Positions 45,924 through 55,733 of a DNA stretch of 64,000 nt are shown piece after piece. Both the position numbers and the translations under genes were made by a program. The DNA lies in contig JANHCV010000010.1 in NCBI GenBank assembly GCA_025594325.1, positions 1,612,001 to 1,676,000 on the forward strand. Reading direction: 5' to 3'. This stretch comes from Blastocladiella emersonii ATCC 22665. Taxonomy: Eukaryota > Fungi > Blastocladiomycota. The first letter of the stretch is position 1. Every line of letters starts with the position of its first letter. The notes under the pieces are model-generated. The model saw only the letters and a program-made list of their open reading frames with translations. It did not search any database and was not told the origin of the DNA.

Positions 45924-46455
45924 AGCAGTCGACCAACTGGTCATATATATTGATGTGTGGCAACAAGAGTACCGACCTGAGGACCGTGGACATGCTTGAA
46001 CTTGTGAAGGTCGATCGCAGATTGTTGATCAACAAACGCGGCTCTCATGAGAGCCGCGTCCCGTGTCATGCTACGCTATTGTTGGTCACGGCACAAGGCG
46101 TGCGCATGAGCGAGCCTCCCGCGTGCGGGGCGGACGGAGGGTGGGTCGGTCATGTTGCACTTGGCCATCCTGGTGTCGTTGATCCGTGTAAATCATTTCG
46201 ATGGGTGCTTCATGTTTTACGCGGTGAGGAGGGATTCGTAGCGAGCGGTTACTTGAGGAGGTCCAAAGCAACGTACCGTAGTTAGTTGGACTCAAGTGTA
46301 CGTCCCACTGCTTGCACGTCTGCTGCTGGCCCGGATCATCTATCGGCTCAACACGGTACCACTGGCCGTAAAAAAAAGTACAATTGCCCAAACCAGTGGA
46401 GGGAATTGAGAAGGTTGTATGCAGGCGAATCCAATGGTAACAATGTCAATCTGCA

Positions 46456-47715
46456 TCAGCGCGCCGGCCAGGCACCACATACGACGCAAAACAGCTGTGA
46501 TGGCGACTGAAGCTGGAAGGCACAGTCCTTGCAAGGGTCTGAACCATTCCGCACGGGCGCGCGGTTGATTGGGTTTGAGAGGGGCGAAAGGTGAACGGCT
46601 TCAAAGACTCTGTAGAGGTAGAATTCGCCGTCAGCCCATAGCGGACACGCACTTGCCACGTTGTTAAGGAAACGCACCGAAAGTAGGCCAGGTGCTCCGC
46701 ATCACGAATGCGGATTTGGTACTTGCTCTGCGCGCTCGCAATTCCAGTAGTAAGCGTGCTGGGATCCGTCTGCTGTGCGAGCAACTTTGGGATCGCCGTT
46801 GTACCCGAGCCCACTTCAATGGGCTCCTTCAATCGCCATGCCGAGTGAACCGTTGGAAATGCAGTTCGCAAGATAAACTTGCCGTGCTCAACGCCCTCGT
46901 GGAAAGCGATGAGCTCGTCCTAAGGGCACGAGGAGGGTAAGCAGGGATACGCGAGGGATCCAGCTTTCTACGCACACGTGAGCAAGTAAGAGCAAATTCT
47001 ACGACAGCAGCTGCCATAAACGGCTGATGCACGCGAATTCCGAGAGCGGCGCCTACAGAAGCAGGGTTAGCATTTGAGCGATCGAGTTGGACCAACGTAT
47101 GCACCGCACCAAGACGCCCTGCGCCAAACCGCCAAATCTCGGTCAAGTGCGTCGTATAAGCTTTGAGCTCCTCGGGCGATTTGTTGCGGACGAACGAATA
47201 TCCCGCGAAAAGCTCATCTGCACCATCGCCGGTCATAATGGAGGAGATTCCTCGCTTCTTGCACTCGAGCAACGCGCGCGCAATCACGATCGAGTTGCGG
47301 AGCCTGACGAACAGCGAGGGCAGGCTCGTCAGCGGTTTTACCTGTCAGCAGACGTGCGCACTGCGTACTCCATAGGATCGAAAGTGCTGAGGGTGGAGAC
47401 GGCGAACTCGAGTAGCTCCTGGTCCTGGATTATCTCAAGCGGGGTATTGTAGCGGATCTCGATGTGCTCCAGGCCCATTTTGCGAGCAATGGCTGCCGCG
47501 TAAGGGGCATCCGTGGCCTCGTCCGATGTCATTACTGTGACAGCGTAGCGAAGCCCTGCGATGTCCTTGCCCGCCTCTGCGAGGATGGATGTATCTAGGC
47601 CGCCCGAGAGAATGATCGCGTCTACCGGACCGCACGCCTCGATTGCGCCAAGGAGCCGCTCGCGGACTTCCTTTACACGCTCTGGAGCTGGATGCGCCAA
47701 GTTCGTTTGATCCAT
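46456..47715 (-). CDS. Asparagine synthetase C-terminal (ATP-pyrophosphatase) domain protein without glutaminase domain; C-terminal CxxC..CxxC motif; multi-exon
   Basis: ILSGGLDTSIL about 35 aa from the start, IRNSIVIARAL, MTGDGADELFAGYSF, GKFILRTAF, WRLKEPIEVGSG, final exon ..CKDCAFQLQSPSQLFCVVCGAWPAR*. Confidence 0.8.
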
Positions 47716-47880
47716 GGTGAACGGTGTCGACGGCTTTGGGGTTTGGGGGAGAGGGAGCGGGCGCCTTTCTGCGCTTCCCTGTCGGTGGGCAGGTCGGTGG
47801 GCAGGTCGGCAGGCCCGAGTCGAAGCCGAGGCGAGGTGTTCCTGCACGCTTTCCCTCTCGCAACGCCGCCTTGCGACTGT

Positions 47881-49386
47881 ATGCAACACATGGAAAATAG
47901 CTATGCCCCGCGAGGCGGGCAATCTCGTCCGCGCCAGCCTGCACCGGCGTTCGGGGCCGGCCCCGCTCAGCCGCGGCCGGCTGTACCGACTAACACCCGG
48001 GCTGCCACCACGACGACGGGTTCGCGCGACGCTTTGGCTCAGGCCACACCCGCCCCGCCCAGACTGAGCAATGTTCACGGACTCGCGACCCCAAACCTCA
48101 TCTTTGGCGAGCAGCCTGGCGTTGATGACCGTGCTTCGAGCCAGGCGAACGGGACTCACTTAATCGCTCAGCAGACGCACCTTACGCCTTCGACCCTGGA
48201 GCTCGCCATTATGGCCAATAAGGCCATGGCCATGTTTCGCGCCGACGAGGCAGCAACCGGCGAACCGACGGCTTCCAATCCTGCTGCACATCTCCCTCTC
48301 AGAGCTCAAACCGCGCAGAATCGATCGCAGCTGCAACCACCCCATCAAGCGCAGCCAGCCTATTCCAACATTTACGAGCATCCCGTGCCGTTTGCAGCTT
48401 CCACTCACGGGTCGTCGGATCGGGTCCCGCTCCCACAGGAACTGGCCGGCCAGCAGTTTGCGGGCAGTGATTCCAGCTCGACGGTTGTGGAGCTTCCTCG
48501 TCATTCTTCCGCTCAGTCTCTCGCTGGCCCGCTCGCGTTCCCCTACTCCGGGACTGGAGAACCCCCGCAGTATACCTTACGCGTCCCTGTCGCGTACTCG
48601 TGGACGTTTCACGACCATCCCTCCGCCCGCCACTACGCAGATGGTTGTGTCCCGTTCACACTACCAATGTATCCTCACGCCCCGCCAACGCTCGTACCTG
48701 TCCATCCAAGGACATTTCGCCTCGATCGCGACTGGGCCCGTTCTGGCGAATCGCCGTCCTTCATTTCACTCTCAGCAGCGCTTTCCATCATGGACAATGC
48801 GGCCGCACAAGCAGCGCGCGGCATTGCTGCACCGCTCTGGTTGACGCCGAACCGCGTTGCGTGTGCCCGCGAGCTTCAGCACCGCCTTGCCCACTGGGGA
48901 TCACCTGGAGCCTCGGCCCAACTTTCGCGCGTTGATGCCGGAACCACAGCGGGACCCGACGCGCTTAATGTTATCGACGCAGGGCTTGAGGAGCTGAACA
49001 GGCTATTGCTCTCCTCGGATCGCGTAAGCGCGCATGGAATCCTCGACTTCGCCTTGGGACTTTTGACGGGCTGGTCCCACCATCTGTGCATCAACGCGCC
49101 CGACTCCCAAGTGCGTTCAGTTCGATGCCTCCTCGCACCCGTCCAGCAAACTAACTCGCGTCCGGCCCCCAACCGTTTGCGTGTAGAAGGCTCAGAACGT
49201 GGACGATTGGCTGGACTCCATTAACGACACGCTGTTTCATCCTCGTCGCTTACACCTCCGAAATCCGCTGGACAACGGTCTCATGTTCGTACGTATTACA
49301 TCGAGTCGGAACTGGAACCTAACTTAACTAACTCACTGATGGGCTGGCTGGCTCCTTGTCAGGTCGAGATTGAACTTCTGGAGTAG
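47881..49386 (+). CDS. Hypothetical protein (disordered N-terminus, ordered C-terminal part); exon ends approximate
   Basis: Long ORF 47692..49224 with ATG 47881; plausible GT..AG introns near 49111-49187 and about 49290-49362; no family recognised. Confidence 0.5.
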
Positions 49387-49464
49387 GGATAGATGCGGGC
49401 ATGGAGCGAACACGACCATTTATTGCATTCAACCCTACTGGCATCGGCGTTGACCTCGCGTGCT

Positions 49465-49900
49465 CTACCGGTAGCGGCGAGGATGCTCCACAGCAGGGAC
49501 CTTGAGGCGAGCAAGTTGATGGTTAAGGTTCGGTGCCTTGGTCGCCCCCTTGGCGCCCTGGTAGATGCGGGCGAAAGTGTTTGTCAGAGTCCGTCTGCTT
49601 CTGCGGGGGAAGTGACACACGAAGGCCGGGGAGGCGTACAGAGGAAGCAATGCACTTGCTGATCGCCAGCGCAGCCTCCTTGCAAGCGGGGCTTTCGATG
49701 CCGCTTGCAGACCAGCAGTTGAACAGGACGGTCATTTCAGTTGCGCAAGGCGCAGCTAAACACGTTCATGGTTGGGCGACATGCGGACTTGCGTGAGTCC
49801 ATGGATCACCACAGGCGGCACAGGGGTAGACGCATGACAAACCCTGAAGAAAAGCCTTGGGCCGCAATTGCAGGTACTTCCGAGGTGCAGTAGCAGACAT
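49465..49900 (-). CDS. MRP10: Mitochondrial small-subunit ribosomal protein mS37 (twin CX9C), three exons
   Basis: Spliced by eye: MSATAPRKYLQLRPKAFLQA|APCATEMTVLFNCWSASGIESPACKEAALAISKCIASS|GAKGATKAPNLNHQLARLKVP..; two CX9C motifs, and NLNHQLARL resembles Mrp10 NINYHAARL. Confidence 0.8.
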
Positions 49901-50264
49901 GTTGCTGTTCGTGGAGGTCGCTTACTCGGCCGATGTCGGCGAGTCCCATCCTCCAGGCAAGGCTTGAAGTTGCGTGCTTGGGCATCACGTGGACGGCGAT
50001 CGTGCGGCTTTGCCTTGCGCGCACGACCAGTTCCCTTGCCACGACTGCAACTGGAGGTCCTTGATCCGAGCGGGTCTCCGGTTGCGGTCTCCAATGATCT
50101 GGCGAGGGGGGCGACAGGCCAGAAGCCTGGGCAGAAGCCATCTCTGGAGAGCCTTCCGGCGCACGCGAGCGCGGAATAAATATCCTGGCTTACGGCAGCG
50201 GGGCAACTCTCACACCGTCCCCAGCTCGTTCGTTCCTTCAGGAAGCCTCATAGATGTTGTTCAT

Positions 50265-51415
50265 TCACAGTTTCTGACTGGAGGTAGTCGACTTTGATGG
50301 CCGCGCTGCCGAACCACTGCCACTGCTGGCGACCGCCGCCGCTGCCGCCGCGGACGACTGGGTCAGGAACGAGCGGAGGTTGAGGGAGAAGGTGCGCAGG
50401 CCCTGCATCTCCTCGCGCAGTCGCAGCGACTCGGCCTGCAGCTCGACGTTGGCGCGGAGCTCGACGCGGGCGAGCGACGCGCGCAGGCCGTCGACCTCGG
50501 CGACGAGGCGGTCCAGCACGGCCTCGTGCTCGAGGACCTGGGCGGAAAGCGGCGGCGGCGGTGGGGGCAGTGGCGGCTCTCGGGCGGCGAGCTCAAGGGC
50601 AGCGACGCGTTCGAGCACCGCGTCCAGCGTGGACGCCATGTTGGCCTGCGCGAACCGCAGCGTCGCGTTCTCGGTCTCGAGGGCCGCGGCCCGCTCGCGG
50701 TCGGCGGCGCATGCGGGGCATCCGCACCGGGTGCATGCGGTCGGCGATGTTGGGCTCGCTTCGGGGCATCGGTGCGACTACAGTCAGGGTGTAGTGTCAG
50801 CCACTCGCAAACTCGCGCGCGATGAAGGGAATGAGCCACGGGGTACATCAGCGTCGGCCAGGGCAAGCAGCTCGCCGCAGCCGCGGGGGCACGCGTGGCG
50901 CGCCGCCACGCACGAGGCCTGGTGCGAGTCGAGATCGTGCGCTGGGACTTGGGCGGCGCAGTGGGCGCACGCGGCGAGGCGGAACGGACACTGCGACCGC
51001 GCGTGGTCGGGCAGCTGCGCGCGCGCGACGGTGGCGGGGCACCCGCGGTCCGCGTTCGGGCACAGCACCAGCAGCTCGTCGGCGAGGCTCCGGACGACGT
51101 AGGCGGGCGTCGGGTCGCGGGTGCACTCGGCGCGGCACGCCGGGCATGCGGCGTTGGACGCGAGCGAGCGGCGCAGGCACGCGGCGCAGAACGTGTGTCT
51201 GGCGGCTCGTGAGAGAGTCAGCGCGACGCTGTGGGGTGTCTCGGGATCGGGCGGCCGTACCCGCACGGCGTGCTCTCGGCGTCGAGGAAGGGCAGCGTGC
51301 AGATGGGGCAGACCAGGTTGGCGTTGGGCGCGCCGGCGTAGTGCAGAGCGGCGTAGTCGAGCTCGCCGTGGCTCAGCGGCTGCCGCGGGTCTGCTCCGTG
51401 TCCAGCCGCGTCCAT
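50265..51415 (-). CDS. RING/TRAF-type zinc-finger protein, copy 2 (different last codons: ARPSKSTTSSQKL vs ARPPKSTTTNQKL)
   Basis: Same as copy 1 except the last about 11 codons, which lie outside the identical block. Confidence 0.85.
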
Positions 51416-51616
51416 TGGTTGTGATGCATGAGTTGGTTGGCGTTGCGAGTTGGGGGGAGATGGGACGGTTAGGATGGTTGGCGCCGACCCTTTCGGCAGA
51501 GCGCGCCTCGAGCCCCGTTCCCCGCTCTCCCCCACACGCATCGCACGAAGCACATGAATACGGCCTGAGAGTGAGGGCCTTGCATATACTATATCATACT
51601 TGCTGCATCTGAGACA

Positions 51617-52371
51617 ATGGCGCCGCCAACACCGCCCGAGGACCCGTCGCGGCAGCATCGGCCAGCCACTGCCGACACTGCCGACGACACCGCCGACGCG
51701 CCGCCGTTCGACCACCGCGGGCAGCGGTCCGTGTGCTTTCTGCTCGAGCGCTTCGAGCGGACCGCCGGCGAGCTGCAGGACCGGGACCGGGACCGGCAGC
51801 GGCAGGCCGGCGAGAACGACGACTCGCCGCCGCGCACGCGCGTCCGCACGGCGTACTGCTTCCGGCGGGACCCGGCGCACGCGCGGGCGCAGTGGTGGAA
51901 CCCGGGCGCGGGCGTGTACCTGACCCGCTTCGCGCAGCCGCACCCGCGCGCGCCGTGGGAGCGCGACCGCCGCGGCGAGGTGCACGTCGGCGACGAGCTG
52001 GCGGGCGTGCCGTCGCACGGTGCGTGTGCGCTCACGCTCACCCTCGAGAGACGACCACTGACATGCGATGAGGGCACCTCCTAGTGGCGGCCGTGGCGCA
52101 GCGCACCTTCGCGCCGCCGATCGAGCTGACGGCGCGGTACGTGGCGGGGTTCGCGGACGGCACGCACGCGGGCCTGCTGTCGCGGGTCGCGGCTAACGTG
52201 GCGTCGGGCGCGCCGGTACGGGCGGCCGAGCGCATCGCCGACCTGTGGGCCGCGGCGCTCGCCAGGACTGCGGGCTCAGTCGACGGCGGCGGTGGCGACC
52301 CGCCGCGCGCTTCCTCCCAGCCCGGCGCCCGCGACGACGACGACGGCAATGACAAGAGCCGGAAACGGTGA
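51617..52371 (+). CDS. Hypothetical protein, copy 2
   Basis: Identical translation to 4150-4904. Confidence 0.6.
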
Positions 52372-52461
52372 CGGAAGCGTGTATACTGTAATAAAGACTC
52401 TTAGCGAACGGGGATCCATGGAGTGGACTGAAAAGGGAGGAGAGGTTGGCCCACTGACAGA

Positions 52462-53210
52462 CTACTGGAGGAGGGCGAGGCCCGCCACGGCAGCGAGAAC
52501 GAGGCCGCCCGACGACGCGGCCGCGCGCTCCGAGGCAGCGCCGCTGTTGAGGGCGGGCGCCACGGACGCCGTGGGCGCGGGACCCGTAGCGGTGCTCGCA
52601 GACTTGGCCGAGGCAGAGCCCGTCGACGTGGCGGACGCCGAGGCCGACGTGGTCGTCGTCGACGCGGCGGAGGTGGTCGTGGCGGACGTCGTCGCGGAGC
52701 GGCTCGCCGACGTCGAGGTGGCCGAGATGAAGACGGACGTCTGGCCGGTGCCGCCCTGCACGGCGAACGGCGCCGAGTACTTGAAGGTGGCGGCGTCCAG
52801 GCCGTCCCACCGCCACTGCAGCGCGTAGTCGACGCCGTTGACGATGCCCGCGGGCACGATCCACGACATGGAGCCGGCCTCGGGGCGGGCGGCGCCGATG
52901 GCGGCGATGGGCGTCTGTCGGTTGCGGCAGCGCAGTGTTGGTGAGTTGGGAGATGCACAAAGTGGAGCTAGCGCCGCCCGGCCGGCACACGCACCATGTT
53001 GTCCGGGTTGCCGTTGACGCGCATCAGCACGACGGAGCCCGTGGTGCCCGCGGGCGCGCCCTGGGCGGCGGGGTCGAACGTCCAGCTGATGGGGACCGTC
53101 GAGCCGGCCGTCCACGGCGCCGTCGGCGTGCTGAGCGTGACCTGGCCGGCGTGCACGGCGGCGACGGCGGCCAGCGCGAGGGCGAGGAGGGCGACGAGGT
53201 GGTGCTTCAT
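52462..53210 (-). CDS. Ser/Thr-rich GPI-anchored cell-surface protein, copy 2
   Basis: Identical translation to 4995-5743. Confidence 0.8.
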
Positions 53211-53602
53211 CTGCTAAGTAGTGTGTGGTGGTTGCTATTTAATGGGTTGTGCGAGAGAGAGAGAGCGGGAACGTGTTGACCGACGGCGGCCGAGCGCCAC
53301 CGATGCCGGCGAGTCGGCCGGCTGAAACTGCCTCCGTGCGTTTCATCATGCACTCATCGCAGCGTTTGATTGGCCGGCCTTGGACGCCATGACGCACTGC
53401 GAGGGATCCACGCGCCCATGTCCGACGCGTCCGCCCGTCCGTCCGTCGTCCCCTCCCGCCGGCCCGGGTCGCTCTACGTCGTCGAACGAGAAATACAAAA
53501 AGGGGGACTCGTGGATTGCAAAAAAAAAGGATCAAACAAAACTCGGCAGCGAGCAAGCAGGCCATCATCGGCTCGCCTCGGACACCACCCATCCATCACG
53601 GC

Positions 53603-55460
53603 TCACTCGAACAGCGTGTTCTTGACCGCGTTCTCGGCATAGTGCAGCACCGCGGGCAGGATCTCCTCGCCCGTCGGGATGATCTCTACACGCGTGGACG
53701 CCACCCCAAGTTAGCCCACCCGTACTTGTTCCCGTTCCTCAGGGACACCGCCGTACCCTTCTTGTCGAGCACAAAGCCCGGGCCCCACCACTCGGCCGTC
53801 GGGCGCAGCTCGATCGTGATCCCGTACGGCCGCACGTACTTGGCCTTGGCCGGCGCGCCCTCGGCCGTCGCCGGCGTGATCGGGAACTGCTGCAGGGCAA
53901 AGTAGTCGCTCGCGCCGCCCGTCGTCGCTACGCGCGTGGACACGTCAAGTCAGCTCCCGCAATCAGAGCCACCCCCACCCCCAGCCAGCCGTACCGTAGA
54001 GGTCAATCGACTTCTGCGACGTGTAGCTCTTGCCGTGCACCTTCTTGATGATCTTGGCCATGGCGTCGCACACGGCCTTGTGCTCCTTCTCGTACGCGTA
54101 GTCCTTGCGCTCCCACCCGAGCGGGCGCAGGATCAGCTGCGAGTACGAGTGCAGGTCGAGCCCCGCCACTGTGCGCGGGTGGCTCAGGAAGAACTTGGTC
54201 AGCGCCTGCACCTCGGGCTCGGACGCCTCGGACGGGCCCCTACGAGTACCCCACGAATGAATGCGTCAGTACCCCCGACCGGTCCTCCCAACACTCGACA
54301 AACAAGTATGGGCGACGCACATGTACGTGTCCGAGTAGGGGAACTTGGAGCTGCCGCCGTGGCCCCAGTTGGCCGGGTAGTTGCGGTTGAGGTCGACGCC
54401 GTACGCCCCGCCGCCGTTGCTGCGCCGGTTCTTGCGCCACAGCCGGTCGCTCTCCCACGTGTACGCGTACCCGTCCGGGTTCACCACGGGCACGATGATC
54501 CACTCGGCCGCGTCGAGCAGCGCCGTGATGCGCGGCGCGCTGCTCGTCACCAGGTGGTACGTGAGGTACTGCGTCGTCGCGTCTACGTTTGTGTAGTTTG
54601 TGTGAGGGGCGAGCGTCAGTGAAGTTATGAGGAGGACCGACTGCCGCCGCGGAACGCAAAGGACGTACGCGAAATCCACTCGCGCGCGTGGATACCGCCC
54701 TGCACGTAGATCTGCTTCTTGCGGTCGAGCGGCACCGACGAGTTGCGGTTGGTGATCTTGAGCGCCATGAGCGTGCGGCCCTCGTGCGTCGTGCCAATGT
54801 TGGGCACCAGCTCGACGCGCTCCGGGTGGCGCTGCGCGAGGATCGTGTACCACTCGACAATCTCGTCGAACGGGTGGTACTCGCTGAACCACGTCTTGGG
54901 GTCCGACACGAGGTCGCGCACCGGGGTCGTCGCGGTCGCGACCGTGGCCCTGACGGCGCGGCGGGACGCGGCCTCGGGCGCCAGCATGTCGGCCTCAATG
55001 TCGCGCACGAGCGTCTCGGCCGACGCGAGCGGGACGTGGCGGCCGGCCACCTCGGCGAGGTCGGGGCGCGCGGCACGCACGTCGATGCGGCCGTCGGCAA
55101 CCGCCCACACGTCGGCGTTGAGATCGAGCAGCAGCTGGTGCAGGCGCGGCACGTCCTCGCGCTTGGCGGCGGTCAGGCGGAGCAGCTGCTGGCCTGCGGG
55201 TTGAGAGTGGCGTGTGGTGGGAAGTAGACGGTTAGTTGGACGGACGCGGCAAAGGGCGGGCGAGGTCGGTACGCACCCGAGTAGTCGGCGCGGGTAGGGC
55301 GCGAGCGCAGGGCCCACTGCGACGGGAGCGAGGCAAGGCTGCCGAGCCACGACGGCGCCGCGTCGGCCGGAGGGGCGGCCGCGAGGAGCAGCAGCGCGCA
55401 CGCAGCGGCGGCGGCGAGGGCGGCGAGGACGCCGAGGGTGGGGCGCGATGAGCGTTTCAT
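53603..55460 (-). CDS. M14A zinc carboxypeptidase, copy 2
   Basis: Identical translation to 6136-7993. Confidence 0.92.
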
Positions 55461-55733
55461 TGATTGATGTGTTTAATCTCCGCGGGCGATGAGCTACTGG
55501 GGAGGGAAGAAGCGAGAGGGTGGGAACCGGACCGCCCCAAACCCTTTCTTTCGCGGCGGCTGACCAACGCGCGCGCGGTGCCGAGCGACCGAATTTCGAC
55601 GCGTTTTTCGCCCCCGCGTGACGCCCACCTGACCGCGTCTCGCCCGGTTTTCGCCAAGACGCGTCCCGCGCTGACGGCTTCTCTTGCGCTCTCTAAACTC
55701 ACGCCATATGGAAACCGGAACCTCTGCGACACC

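Larger units (their letters stand above)
50298..55672. repeat. Segmental duplication, copy 2 of 2
   Basis: Apparently identical to 2831-8205 at offset +47,467. Confidence 0.97.

Noticed and set aside
46086-46391. 101-aa minus-strand ORF between MSD1 and the Asn-synthetase-like gene
   Set aside because: No recognisable motif, non-ATG start in the track, likely within 3' UTRs.
55464-55733. 90-aa N-terminal extension of the DENN ORF in the track
   Set aside because: Starts at a non-ATG codon within the carboxypeptidase upstream region and crosses the duplication junction; the uDENN-like sequence begins at ATG 55734.
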